64,000 nt of DNA, taken from Cyanobacteriota bacterium (lineage in GTDB: Bacteria > Cyanobacteriota > Cyanobacteriia > PCC-6307 > Cyanobiaceae). Both the position numbers and the translations under genes were made by a program. Below, one piece after another: positions 1-9,547 of the stretch. The stretch spans positions 64,001 through 128,000 of the forward strand of contig JBJOMY010000003.1 of assembly GCA_046052125.1 (NCBI GenBank). The letters run 5' to 3'. Under the pieces are notes generated by a model, which saw only the letters and a program-made list of their open reading frames with translations, was not told the DNA's origin and made no database searches. Each line of letters begins with the position of its first letter. Within the stretch, counting starts at the first letter, position 1.

Positions 1-58
1 ATCGAGACGAGTTCTACGCAGAGATGCGCCCCATACGCTCATTCTCTGCTTCTAAATA

Positions 59-1804
59 TTAGGCATTAGCCTGTGATTGGTTGATGCCTTTCGATTTTAG
101 CTTCTGAGTTGAGATTGCCTGCTCCAGGAGCGCCTTTAGCTCAGTGTGCATTGGTACCGATGGGCTTGAAATCCGCTTTAACCCCTTTAACTTAGCCGCA
201 TCTGCCGTTCCTACATATCTGTTCTTAGCCGCCTCTTCAACTTTCGTCAAAAGCATTTTACCTTTAATGGTCGCGGCACAACTTCCGCCAAGATCTCTCC
301 AGCGCTTGCTTGGGACGCCGACCGCTCCTTTGCTCAATCCACCAACAGCGGATTGGTACGCCGTATTGAAATCCTTCTCAGCTGCATCAGCATCGATGAG
401 TGCAACTGCTTCGGCAAGCAAAGCAGAAGCATCCTCGCGATCAATATCAAATACATTTTCCAAATGCTGTATTGTGCAGAATCCCGCCTCTATGTCTGAT
501 CCTGCCGGCATCCAAAAAGGAATGTTATGTACATCGTACTCCATTTTTTTGATTAATGCGTCTCTATCCGCATCAGACAAGAAGTCTCGGTCCCTGTGAA
601 CCGCAATCGCGATGCCGAGCTCCGCTCTAGTCTTCGATAGGGCGAGGCCACGTGGCAAAGAGCCCGAGCCAAATGCTGGCCACAGCAGTACCTTCCGTGC
701 TAGTTCGGGCCACTGAGCAAGGATGTTCTTCATGTATTGGAGGTTCCCATCTTCTGTGACGAGAAGTAGGTCCTTGTCAAGGGCTCCCCATCCCATTCGC
801 TGTCTTACCTGATCCTCTCTTTCACTTCGGAGGGCGCCATCGCTTATCCACAGCACGTGAGAGGTGGCGCTAGAAGCCCGTACTAAGCTTGGAGAGTGCG
901 TTGCAAGCATGAACTGAGTTTCCGGAAACGCGCTCGCAGCATCTTCAATAGCCGAGATCAGCCTCTCTTGAGTCCCGGGATGAAGGTGAGAGTCAGGTTC
1001 GTCAATAAGTAGGAGCCTCGGTCTGAAGTGAAGCAAGTAGGCAAAAATCTGAACTACCTGTAAAAAGCCAGTGCCGGCCATCTCCAGCGATCTCCACTGA
1101 AGGTCCAGCTTCTTACCAGATTCAATCATGTCATTAGTGAGGAACTTTGCGTCAATATCTACGTCCCTTAGGCGGTCGAACTTAACCCAAAAGCGCACGC
1201 CTGGAAACACCTTGCCAACCCATCTATTTAGATCAGATAATTCCTCATGTTTCTCGATGCTCTCATGTCCGGTCGCTGTGATTGCCAAACCAAGCAAGAT
1301 GTGACGAAGCACAGATCCGCCCTCACCTGAGGCAGCTCGCCGGTGAAGTACGGGGGTGGCTAGCAGCGACTCCGCTTCCGAGAGACCAGCTAACCCAGGG
1401 ATATACGCAGTCATCTGCGAGGTGGCAGTGACTGTGCTTGCGAGGGCTCCACTAACAATCGCCTTTATTCCTGCATCGTTGCGAGTTGAGTGCATATTTA
1501 TTTCTAACTGGTCAGCGCCAGATTCCAGTATCACGCGCACTTTTGGGGAGGCGGCAGCGCTATTGAGGCGAACCTTGTGAGCAAGATGCAAGAAGTCTCG
1601 ACTTGGCGCGTAATCCATACGCTCCAGAGTTACTCGATCCGCCCCGTCCTTCAAAGCCGCGCAACGCACAGCCCAATGAATTGCCCGAAGAATCGATGAC
1701 TTACCGGATCCGTTTTCGCCGACGAGAATAGTGACCGGCCCCAAGGGGATTCGCACCTCTCCATTAATTCGCATGAAGTTAGCGACAGTCACTGAGTCAA
1801 ACAT
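59..1804 (-). CDS. ABC-type ATPase fused to a probable TOPRIM nuclease domain (OLD-family-like); likely anti-phage
   Basis: 581 aa. Walker A GENGSGKS, Walker B LLLIDEPDSHLHP, H-loop ATHSP, then LVTED...HRDRD (TOPRIM E and DxD). Visibly more AT-rich than its flanks. Confidence 0.8.
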   Translation of the reverse strand: MFDSVTVANFMRINGEVRIPLGPVTILVGENGSGKSSILRAIHWAVRCAALKDGADRVTLERMDYAPSRDFLHLAHKVRLNSAAASPKVRVILESGADQLEINMHSTRNDAGIKAIVSGALASTVTATSQMTAYIPGLAGLSEAESLLATPVLHRRAASGEGGSVLRHILLGLAITATGHESIEKHEELSDLNRWVGKVFPGVRFWVKFDRLRDVDIDAKFLTNDMIESGKKLDLQWRSLEMAGTGFLQVVQIFAYLLHFRPRLLLIDEPDSHLHPGTQERLISAIEDAASAFPETQFMLATHSPSLVRASSATSHVLWISDGALRSEREDQVRQRMGWGALDKDLLLVTEDGNLQYMKNILAQWPELARKVLLWPAFGSGSLPRGLALSKTRAELGIAIAVHRDRDFLSDADRDALIKKMEYDVHNIPFWMPAGSDIEAGFCTIQHLENVFDIDREDASALLAEAVALIDADAAEKDFNTAYQSAVGGLSKGAVGVPSKRWRDLGGSCAATIKGKMLLTKVEEAAKNRYVGTADAAKLKGLKRISSPSVPMHTELKALLEQAISTQKLKSKGINQSQANA

Positions 1805-2111
1805 GTCTTGCGAGCATCCTTGGTCTCAATTTGCACGCATGGAAACTGTTGTATTTCATCTGACAAGAAGATGGCGTACGTTCACGCTTTGGCGACCAAC
1901 CCAGTCTTAAACAACTCAGAAAGCCATGCTGGCGGCATGAGGGTCTGGACAGTGATCATTTCGCTCAGGGTTCCATGGGCATCGGATCGCGCTAGCAGTG
2001 CCTCCTCGGGAAGCTTCCACAAACCGTAGGCGTCATCGACGGATCCGAGAACACCGCCCTGCCACAGGTTGATTGCCGCGCAGGCAAAAGCAGTTAGCGC
2101 AGCTGATCCCC

Positions 2112-3503
2112 GTGCCACCCGCATCCGTCGAAAATCCACTCCCCTGGCCACTCCACCCCACCCTGGCCGCACTGCTCCCTCGCCTGGATCTGATCCAGGA
2201 CTGCTGGGACCTCCTCGCTGGCCGCAAGGAGCTCTATCTCCCCCGGGGTGAACGGGAGCCAGAGAGCGCCTACCGCCGGCGGCTGGAGGCGGCCCTGCCC
2301 TCGGGGTTCTTCCGTGATGCCCTGCGCACCTTCGCGGGGATGCTGGCCTCCAGCCACTGGCGTGAGCTGCCGGCCTCGCTGCAGGCGGTAATCAGTGATG
2401 TGGATGGACGCGGTACCGACCTGGGCGTGTTCCTCGAGCGCGCCGACGTGCTGGTACTCCGTGATGGGGCAGCGCTGATCGGCGTGCTGCCGCCTGAGCA
2501 CCTCTGGCCCAGTGAGGGCGACCGCCAGCAGGCTCTGCGCCGTGGTGATCGCCTCTCCCTGCCGCGCCTTGCTCTGCTGGAGCGCCGCGACGTCCTGAAC
2601 TGGCACCTGCCTGGCCCCCAGTCCTTGCCTGACGCGGTCAGCTTCCGGCTGCCCAACCCCAAGGCCCAGGACGAGCCCCTGGACCCGGATCGACCTCAGC
2701 ATCCATGGCTCTACGGCTCCGTTGCCCTTGATGGCGAGGGCATGAGCATCGAGACCATCGAGCTGGTGGCGGACCCGCAGTCCCCATCAGGGTGGCGACC
2801 GCAACGCACGGGATTGCAGCACTACCGGGGCATCAGCCAGCTGCCGTTGATTTGGTACGCCAGTGATGGCGCTGCCTTTGGCGAGGGCGACCTACCGCAC
2901 CTGGGCCTGGCGCATCAGTACCTCAACCACTTCCGCTGCCAGAGCGACTACCAGGAGCTGCTGTATCGAACCGCGTTGCCGGTGGGTGTGCGTACAGGGG
3001 TCGTCGGCCCCATGGGCAGTGGCACTAGTGAGCCGGTGGTGCTTGGCCCGAACAGCGTGATCGATCTGCCCGACGGGGCCAGCTTCCAGTTCGTGGAAAT
3101 CCAGGCCCGCTCCCTGGCTGAGCACCGCGCTTGGCTGGAATCCCTCGACCAGGGCATGCGTCGTGACGCCCTGATCCCATCCGGCGCCCAAGGGGCTCCA
3201 CGCACCGCTACCGAGATCTCTCTGGCGGCATCCCAGGCCTATGCGCTGCTGCAGAGCCAGGCGATTCAGAAGGCCTCCATGTTTTCGTCGTTGCTGGCTC
3301 ATTGGTGCGCAATCACCGGTGAACCAGTTCCCGTGCAGCAGGGTCCGGCGTTGCTGGTGGAAATCAGCCCGCTGGCCCCCGCGCCCAAACCGCAACCCAC
3401 CGTGGCTGAAATGCTGCAGCTGCATGAGCGCGGCATCGTGAGTGAGCAGGCTCTGCGGCAATGGCTGGGGGATCTGGCCGGTGTGGCACCGGCCTCGGCT
3501 TAA
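2112..3503 (+). CDS. Phage portal protein (DUF4055-like)
   Basis: YLPRGEREPESAYRRRLEAA N-terminal portal signature, ID/VDGRG motif, RTATEI near the C-terminus. ORF is open from TTG 2073; the in-frame GTG at 2112 is preferred. Confidence 0.8.
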   Translation: MPPASVENPLPWPLHPTLAALLPRLDLIQDCWDLLAGRKELYLPRGEREPESAYRRRLEAALPSGFFRDALRTFAGMLASSHWRELPASLQAVISDVDGRGTDLGVFLERADVLVLRDGAALIGVLPPEHLWPSEGDRQQALRRGDRLSLPRLALLERRDVLNWHLPGPQSLPDAVSFRLPNPKAQDEPLDPDRPQHPWLYGSVALDGEGMSIETIELVADPQSPSGWRPQRTGLQHYRGISQLPLIWYASDGAAFGEGDLPHLGLAHQYLNHFRCQSDYQELLYRTALPVGVRTGVVGPMGSGTSEPVVLGPNSVIDLPDGASFQFVEIQARSLAEHRAWLESLDQGMRRDALIPSGAQGAPRTATEISLAASQAYALLQSQAIQKASMFSSLLAHWCAITGEPVPVQQGPALLVEISPLAPAPKPQPTVAEMLQLHERGIVSEQALRQWLGDLAGVAPASA

Positions 3504-4366
3504 GCCTGCTGCGCCCGCTTCTCAGGGAAAGCTGCGGTTGGGCACCAGATCGCTGCACTGGCGTCGCCCAGCGCCCAGGTCCGGCCCTGGAGGTGCTCGA
3601 TCGCAACCCAGGCACAGACCAGGGCATCGAGACAGTCCTCCAGCGGCTTGAGCGCAGAGAGAGATTGGACCTCGGTGGACTGGGGCAAGGGCAGGTTGAT
3701 GTCCTGGATCTGCTGAGCAAGCCCATCACGAATCCGCCCGAACTCCTCCAGCAACCGGCCGATCCGCTCGTTCACAGACAGCTGCTCGTTTCGCCAGTAC
3801 TGCAGCGAGCGGCTGACCTTGTACGGCACTCGGTACTTGCTCTCTAACAAGGCCAGCAGGGCGACATGGGGGTACACCTCGATTAGCCCGCCGGGACCGG
3901 GTTCTGCAGCCACCGTCTGCAGGCCATAGCCGCAGACCTCCAAGTCTTGGCGAATGCTGTCGGCGATGGCGCCTGGCCGCTGCAGTGTTGGGCTGTGCAC
4001 AGCGCAGCCCCGGTTGCCAAAGATCCGCGAGACCGCGCGGTCTGCCTGCCGGCGATGACCGATTGGCTCTTTGGAGAGCGGCATATCGAATGCGATCAAA
4101 TCGATGCGACCATCCGACAGCCGTTCAGCTGCACGCAGCAGGGCCGACATCTGGGGCTTGCTGCCCTGAGCTCGTGCTGACCAGTCGACAGCAATGCCAT
4201 CGGCCAGTGCCATGAAGCTGGCATAGCTGGGTGCAAGAGCGACACACCTCCAGCTCTCGCCTTGGCGTCGCACCAGCGCGATGCCACTGGGTTGATGGGC
4301 CGTCCAGGCCGCATCAATCCCCAGCACCAGCTCTCCGGCAACAGGAGTTGGTCTTGGGCTCGTCAC
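3500..4366 (-). CDS. DUF429 family predicted RNase H-fold nuclease
   Basis: VLGIDAAW, IAFDMPL, IEVYPH and DCLDALVCAW motifs; GTG start at 4366. Confidence 0.8.
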   Translation of the reverse strand: MTSPRPTPVAGELVLGIDAAWTAHQPSGIALVRRQGESWRCVALAPSYASFMALADGIAVDWSARAQGSKPQMSALLRAAERLSDGRIDLIAFDMPLSKEPIGHRRQADRAVSRIFGNRGCAVHSPTLQRPGAIADSIRQDLEVCGYGLQTVAAEPGPGGLIEVYPHVALLALLESKYRVPYKVSRSLQYWRNEQLSVNERIGRLLEEFGRIRDGLAQQIQDINLPLPQSTEVQSLSALKPLEDCLDALVCAWVAIEHLQGRTWALGDASAAIWCPTAAFPEKRAQQA

Positions 4367-4370
4367 TGCT

Positions 4371-4883
4371 GTGCCTGCATCACCAACCCCCGCCGCAATC
4401 TGGCAACCCGGCGACCAGGAGGCCATCCGCCAGTGCCTGGCGCTGCCCGCCACCGTTCCCTGCCTGGATGCCATCGGTCGAGCAATGGCGGATCTGCTGC
4501 GCCAGCACCCGGCCGGGGTGTTGAGCGCCCGAGCGCTTCTGGATGCGGTGGCCCTGATTGATCAGCAGCTGCTGGCCGGCGGCTGCGAGCAGGAGCAGCC
4601 GATTCAGAAGCGCAGCCACTCGGGACCGATCGCCGGCTCGGTGGCCGCAGCTGGAGATGCGCCCCTGCAAAAAGCAGACGTGATCGCCTACGACACAGCG
4701 CTGCTGCGCGAAGAAAGCGAGACCACTTACGCCAGCCCCAGTTCGCCCGCGATGGCCCTGCTGCGCCAGCGGCGCCGCTACGCCGAGCAGCTGCTGTTGC
4801 TCCTGCCTGCGCTCAACAGCTGGATGCAGTTCACCGCCGAGGCCGCAGGGCTGCTGGGAACCACGCCGATGCTGCGGGGTTGA
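4371..4883 (+). CDS. Hypothetical protein of the head module (possible head-completion/adaptor)
   Basis: 170-aa ORF co-oriented with portal and scaffold, 3 bp from the next gene; function inferred from position only. Confidence 0.55.
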   Translation: MPASPTPAAIWQPGDQEAIRQCLALPATVPCLDAIGRAMADLLRQHPAGVLSARALLDAVALIDQQLLAGGCEQEQPIQKRSHSGPIAGSVAAAGDAPLQKADVIAYDTALLREESETTYASPSSPAMALLRQRRRYAEQLLLLLPALNSWMQFTAEAAGLLGTTPMLRG

Positions 4884-4886
4884 GCG

Positions 4887-5453
4887 ATGACCACAAGCCC
4901 CAGACGGTTCACCAGCGGCCAACATCCGCGCGCAGCCGGGTCTTGGCCCGCCACGCCATTGCAGTCGTTTGCCAATGCACGCCTGCTTCTTGCGGAGAAC
5001 GCCATCCCAGGGGACACCACCTCAGCGGTGGTGGCGTCGCATGTGCTCGAGTGCTTCTTGAGCCGGCAGCGCTACATCTCGGCCAAGGAGAACGGACCTG
5101 GGGTCGACACCGGCGACTTCACCTACAGCGGCACTATCTGCCGGGCTACCCGCCTGCCGCCTCACCCGGGCGCCATCTGGCTGAGCAGCACCTTGAGCTG
5201 GCAGCAGAACGGCCGCCGCGTTGCCAGCGGTGCCAGCACCGTGGTGGCCCCCTGCGAGGGGCTGATCTGGCTGGGCAATCTCAGCCTGCTCAACCCTTCG
5301 GGCGCAGCTGATGTGGATCCCTACGCCCAGCACACGGCCTTCGTGGTGCTGGAGTTTGGCGCCGACTACGGCTCTGGGGGCATCGGCGCCCTGGTGCAGC
5401 CGTTGATTGGTGAGCGGGTGTTCGGGACGCTCAAGCCGAATCGACTCATCTGA
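4887..5453 (+). CDS. Hypothetical protein of the head module
   Basis: 188-aa ORF in an operon with 4371-4883. Confidence 0.55.
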   Translation: MTTSPRRFTSGQHPRAAGSWPATPLQSFANARLLLAENAIPGDTTSAVVASHVLECFLSRQRYISAKENGPGVDTGDFTYSGTICRATRLPPHPGAIWLSSTLSWQQNGRRVASGASTVVAPCEGLIWLGNLSLLNPSGAADVDPYAQHTAFVVLEFGADYGSGGIGALVQPLIGERVFGTLKPNRLI

Positions 5454-5523
5454 TTTCTGCCTCGGCAACAGGGGATGGCAGCGCCGCGATGGGCTGCCGA
5501 TCCACTGACAGCCGAGACGGGTC

Positions 5524-6384
5524 ATGGCCACTGCTTCCGCAACCCCCAGCACCAGCACCACCCGCAGCGGAGGTGATGGCCACGAACTCCTGGATCTCCA
5601 GGGCTCTGAGACCAGCGAGCAGGACAGCACTCAGGGCGACCACAGCACTGGCCCGGATCCTGCACCCACCGCCAATGAACCCACCCAGGGATCTGGAGGT
5701 GATGGCCTCAGCGAGGCCCTCAAGGCCGAGCGCCGCCGCAGTAACAACCTCGAAAAAGAACTGCGCGGGCTGCGGCAACAGCTGACTCGTTTCTCGGAGA
5801 TCAACCCCGAGGAGTACGCCCGTCTGCAGGAGGCCGAACGCCAAAAGCAGCACCTCGAGCAGCAGCTGGAGCTGCGGGAACGCCAGATGGAGGAGGCCGC
5901 CGCCAAGCGGGTGGCAGCCGTCAGTGCAGAGCGCGACGCCGCCCATGAGCGGGTGCAGGAGCTACGCAAGGAGCGGCTGCTGGAGCGGGCTTTCTCAGAA
6001 GCGGAAGGGCGCACCGGCGGCGATGGGCGCGGCACCTTCTTTCAGGTGTTTCGCTCGATGCTCTGGGACTGCTTCCGGCTGGGCAGCAGCAAGGACGGCG
6101 GCGATGTGCTCGAACCCCTCGACGGCCATGGCCAGCCACTGCTCGGTGACGACGGCCGGCCGATGACCACAGCCGACTACCTCGATCAGCTGCGCATCCA
6201 CCCCGTGTATGGCTTTCTGTTCCAGCAGCGCGGCGCCATGGGTACCGGTGCCATGCCCGCGGGCACTACAGCCGGCAGCCTCGGCGCCAGCGGTTTTGGG
6301 GAGGTGATCAATCCACAGGCGATGAGCGCCAGCGAGCTCTACCGGGCTGGCTTTGTCAGCAATGGCCGCATGGCCCGGCACTGA
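5524..6384 (+). CDS. Putative capsid scaffold protein
   Basis: Acidic disordered N-terminus, long coiled coil (ALKAERRRSNNLEKEL...INPEEY), YGFLF motif and Gly-rich tail, as in phage scaffolds; lies between portal and capsid genes. Confidence 0.65.
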   Translation: MATASATPSTSTTRSGGDGHELLDLQGSETSEQDSTQGDHSTGPDPAPTANEPTQGSGGDGLSEALKAERRRSNNLEKELRGLRQQLTRFSEINPEEYARLQEAERQKQHLEQQLELRERQMEEAAAKRVAAVSAERDAAHERVQELRKERLLERAFSEAEGRTGGDGRGTFFQVFRSMLWDCFRLGSSKDGGDVLEPLDGHGQPLLGDDGRPMTTADYLDQLRIHPVYGFLFQQRGAMGTGAMPAGTTAGSLGASGFGEVINPQAMSASELYRAGFVSNGRMARH

Positions 6385-6442
6385 ACGCTTCTGCCAGCCG
6401 TTCCTACGGTGACATCACCAAGGGGGATTCCCCAGACAGCAA

Positions 6443-7330
6443 GTGATGGCCAGGCAAGAACAGCGGTTGGCGGCCAACGTTCCTGGGCCCTTCTATGTCG
6501 ACGGCAGCTGCATCGACTGCGGCACCTGCTGGCAGTTCGATCCGCTGCACTACGCCCCGACCGGCAGCAGTTCGCGGGTGCAGCGCCAACCGGATGGCGC
6601 TGCCGAACTGCGGCAGGCACTGCTGGCCCTGCAGGCCTGCCCGGTGGCTGCGATCGGCACCAGCCGTGAACTGCTGGCTCAGATGCCCATGGATGGCTTT
6701 CCGGTTCTGATCACGCGCCATGCGGCTGGGGACGTCTACTACTGCGGTTGGGCATCACGGCGCAGCTTTGGTGCCAGCAGCTGGTTGGTGGTGCGCCCTG
6801 ACGGCAACGTGCTGATCGATGTGCCGCGCTGGAGTGCACCCCTCGCCCGGCGCATCAAGGATTTGGGCGGTCTGCGGCGCATCGTGCTGACGCACCGCGA
6901 TGACGTGGCCGATCAGGCGCACTGGTCCCGGGCATTCGGAGCCGAACGCTGGATCCACGCGGCCGACGCCGATGCCGCCCCCCAGGCCGAGCATCAGCTG
7001 AGCGGCAGCGATGCCCTGCACCTGGATGTGGACCTGCAGTTGATCCCCACTCCTGGTCACACAGCTGGCTCGATGGTGGCGGTGCTGGGAGGGCGCGAAC
7101 AGGTGCTGTTCAGCGGCGATCACCTTTGGTGGAACCCGGCGCATCAAGCGGTCGTGGCTTCCAAGGCCTACTGCTGGTGGAACTGGAGTGCGCAGCTGCG
7201 CTCCGTCGAGCGGCTGCTGGATCTCGATGTGGCCTGGCTGCTGCCTGGTCATGGCCATCAGCATCAGTTCACGCCCGGCCAGTGGCGAGTTGCCTTGGAG
7301 CAGACGCTGGCGTACGCCACGGCGCCGTGA
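6443..7330 (+). CDS. Ferredoxin-fused MBL-fold metallo-hydrolase
   Basis: CIDCGTC...CP ferredoxin motif; THRDD, PGHTAGS, FSGDH and LPGHG MBL motifs. Confidence 0.9.
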   Translation: MMARQEQRLAANVPGPFYVDGSCIDCGTCWQFDPLHYAPTGSSSRVQRQPDGAAELRQALLALQACPVAAIGTSRELLAQMPMDGFPVLITRHAAGDVYYCGWASRRSFGASSWLVVRPDGNVLIDVPRWSAPLARRIKDLGGLRRIVLTHRDDVADQAHWSRAFGAERWIHAADADAAPQAEHQLSGSDALHLDVDLQLIPTPGHTAGSMVAVLGGREQVLFSGDHLWWNPAHQAVVASKAYCWWNWSAQLRSVERLLDLDVAWLLPGHGHQHQFTPGQWRVALEQTLAYATAP

Positions 7331-7339
7331 AGAGCAAGC

Positions 7340-7363
7340 AAAAAGGCCCGGCAAGGCCGGGCC
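7340..7363 (-). terminator. Intrinsic terminator
   Basis: GGCCCGGC-AAG-GCCGGGCC stem preceded by an A-run (U-tract on the minus strand), just past the stop of 7378-7593. Confidence 0.65.
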
Positions 7364-7377
7364 AGGAGGCCGCCGCC

Positions 7378-7593
7378 TCAGAGCACCGAGACGGTGCCGA
7401 GGCGCTTGGCGGCCAGCTTGCGGGCCAGCTGATGGGCCAGCTCAGCTGGAATGAAACGCGGCTTCTTCACGGGCTTGCCGCGGCGGCCATAGAAGACCGT
7501 GACGCGCTCGGCAGCGGCGACCTTGAGCCCAGCCGGATAGCTGTGCAGCACCAGCTGACGGATCGGACAGGCCAGAGGAGCAGAGGAGGCCAT
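7378..7593 (-). CDS. Small basic hypothetical protein (71 aa)
   Basis: MASSAPLACPIRQLVLHSYP...KKPRFIPAELAHQLARKL; followed by a terminator and preceded by a hairpin element. Confidence 0.6.
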   Translation of the reverse strand: MASSAPLACPIRQLVLHSYPAGLKVAAAERVTVFYGRRGKPVKKPRFIPAELAHQLARKLAAKRLGTVSVL

Positions 7594-7805
7594 GGGACGG
7601 AGGCGAGGAACACCTGTCCCATCGCCCCGGACGACACGCCCTGGCAAGGGTCGGCGTAGCCGACTCGCGTCAGCCCTTGCCAGGGTGGGGCGAGCAGGGC
7701 GCAGCCCTGCGCTCCGGGGCAGTGCTGGTGATTCCTCGCCGACCCCATGGCCGGACGGCTGCCGGGGCCTGGTTGAGACAGCAGCCGCAACACCGGCTGT
7801 AGAAC

Positions 7806-8486
7806 GTGGCGATGACGGCTCCTGAGAACGCCCACAGCCAGCGCTACACCGATGCCCTGGGCTGGGCGGCTGAGCTGCACCGCGGTCAGCGTCGCAAGGG
7901 CAAGCCGGTTCCTTACATCGCCCACCTGATCGCCGTGAGTGCTCTGGTGTGGGAGGACGGCGGCAGCGAAAACCAGGCGATTGCGGCTCTGCTGCACGAC
8001 GCCATCGAGGATGCGGGTCAGAGCCAGGCCTCGATTGCCGCACGCTTTGGCGAGGAGGTGGCCGCGATCGTGGTGGACTGCACCGACACAGCTGGCCCCG
8101 TGGAGCCCGGCGCCGAAAAGGAACCCTGGCTGCTGCGCAAGACCCGCTATCTCGCCTCGCTGGAGGAGAAGCCGCAGACCTCTTTGCTGGTGACGGCAGC
8201 CGACAAGGCCCACAACGCCCGCGACCTGGTGCTCGATGCCCGCAGCCACCCTGGTGGCTGGGAGCGTTTCACGGCGGGGCTGGAGGGCAGCGCCTGGTAT
8301 CTGCTGCGCGTTCAGCAGGCCCTGAGCCATCGCTTGCCGGAGAGTCGCTCCACCGCCCTACTGGCAGAAGCTGTGCAAGAACTGCTGAGCAGCGAGCCCT
8401 ACCGGCGCCTGGTGCCCCATGGCATCGCTCCGGCGGTGTGGGCCGCCAGCTACCTGGAGCGGCCAGAGGCCCATCCCCAGCCTTGA
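7806..8486 (+). CDS. HD-domain protein, small alarmone hydrolase/Mesh1-like
   Basis: HRGQRRKG..PYIAHL, ALLHDAIED and ADKAHN motifs of the RelA/SpoT hydrolase domain. Confidence 0.85.
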   Translation: MAMTAPENAHSQRYTDALGWAAELHRGQRRKGKPVPYIAHLIAVSALVWEDGGSENQAIAALLHDAIEDAGQSQASIAARFGEEVAAIVVDCTDTAGPVEPGAEKEPWLLRKTRYLASLEEKPQTSLLVTAADKAHNARDLVLDARSHPGGWERFTAGLEGSAWYLLRVQQALSHRLPESRSTALLAEAVQELLSSEPYRRLVPHGIAPAVWAASYLERPEAHPQP

Positions 8487-8525
8487 ACGTCCTGCGGCCG
8501 TTCTCAGCGCTGCGGCCAGACTGGT

Positions 8526-8783
8526 TCAGTTGTCTGGATCGCGGCGTCGGCCGCTGACGATGCTGCCGCCACCGAGCAAGGCCAGGCTGGTTCCAACCGC
8601 CGCCTCAAAGGTCTGCTGCAGGTTCTCGGCGTAGCTGCTGCACACCGGGCCAAGCCGCCGCTGCAGACCAAGCCAGAAGCAACCGCCCAGGCCAGCGGCA
8701 TAGAGCGCGAACTGGGCGATGAAGACCCCCGCCACCGCCCGCAACAGAAAGCGCTCGCGATCAAATCCATCGCCACCAGCCAT
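8526..8783 (-). CDS. Small two-TM membrane protein, holin-like
   Basis: 85 aa, two hydrophobic segments, charged C-terminus, directly downstream of the peptidase gene. Confidence 0.45.
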   Translation of the reverse strand: MAGGDGFDRERFLLRAVAGVFIAQFALYAAGLGGCFWLGLQRRLGPVCSSYAENLQQTFEAAVGTSLALLGGGSIVSGRRRDPDN

Positions 8784-8800
8784 GGCTGTGCTCCTTGGGG

Positions 8801-9547
8801 TCAGGGTTGGCAGGTGAGCAGCCAGCCGGTGCCGGGGCCATCGGCCTGCCAGCGCGGCAGCCAGTTCTTCCAGCTGTAGTGCTGCCCTGCTCCATTGGTG
8901 TTGGCGGTGTAGCCGCCGTGGACCAGGTCGGCCTCACCGTTGGGGTCGTTGTGGATGGCGACTGTCTCGGTGAAACCGATCACCACGCTCCAGTGACCGC
9001 CGCCGCTGGGTGCAGAAGCGGGGCCGTGGTGCAGCCAGCCCACTGCGACCGGTCGCCCCAGGTTGATCTGTTCCTCCAGCGTTGCGCGCTGGCCGTTGGT
9101 GGCGAAGTGGGCAGTCAGCCCCAGGGATCGCAACGCCGCCAACTGAGCTTCTGCCGAGGTGGTGTCGCCATAGCGGGCACGGATGACGTTGTAGGCGTCA
9201 TCGCCACTGACCTTGCCCCAGAAGCGGGCGAGCATGGCGCAGCTGCTGGAGAAGCACTCGCGGTAGCCAGTGCCTGAAGCGTTGTCGTTCTGGTTCTCCC
9301 AGGCCACCGGCAGCGGATTGGCATGGGCCGGGGCTGGGGGAGCTGATGAAAAGGTCTGCCGCCATGGGGCGGCCTCGGTGAGGACCTGTGGATCGGCCGC
9401 CATGACCGCCAGCCGCAATTGCTCGATGCCGGCGAGCTGCTGAGGCTGACCCTTCCAGTGGTCCCAGAACTGACGCCAGCGCTCAGCGCTGAACGGCGCC
9501 TGGTCACCAGGCGCGACGGCAGCCGGAGTGGGAGAGCTTGGAGACAT
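8801..9547 (-). CDS. C39-like cysteine peptidase (putative endolysin)
   Basis: NQNDN...RECFSSSCAM, GGGHWSVVIG and HNDP motifs (Q, C, H, D catalytic layout); alternative start at 9586. Confidence 0.8.
   Translation of the reverse strand: MSPSSPTPAAVAPGDQAPFSAERWRQFWDHWKGQPQQLAGIEQLRLAVMAADPQVLTEAAPWRQTFSSAPPAPAHANPLPVAWENQNDNASGTGYRECFSSSCAMLARFWGKVSGDDAYNVIRARYGDTTSAEAQLAALRSLGLTAHFATNGQRATLEEQINLGRPVAVGWLHHGPASAPSGGGHWSVVIGFTETVAIHNDPNGEADLVHGGYTANTNGAGQHYSWKNWLPRWQADGPGTGWLLTCQP

Noticed and set aside
1882..2172. 96-aa minus-strand ORF between the ATPase and the portal
   Set aside because: Overlaps the portal start and has no recognisable motif; a short gene in its 3' half cannot be excluded
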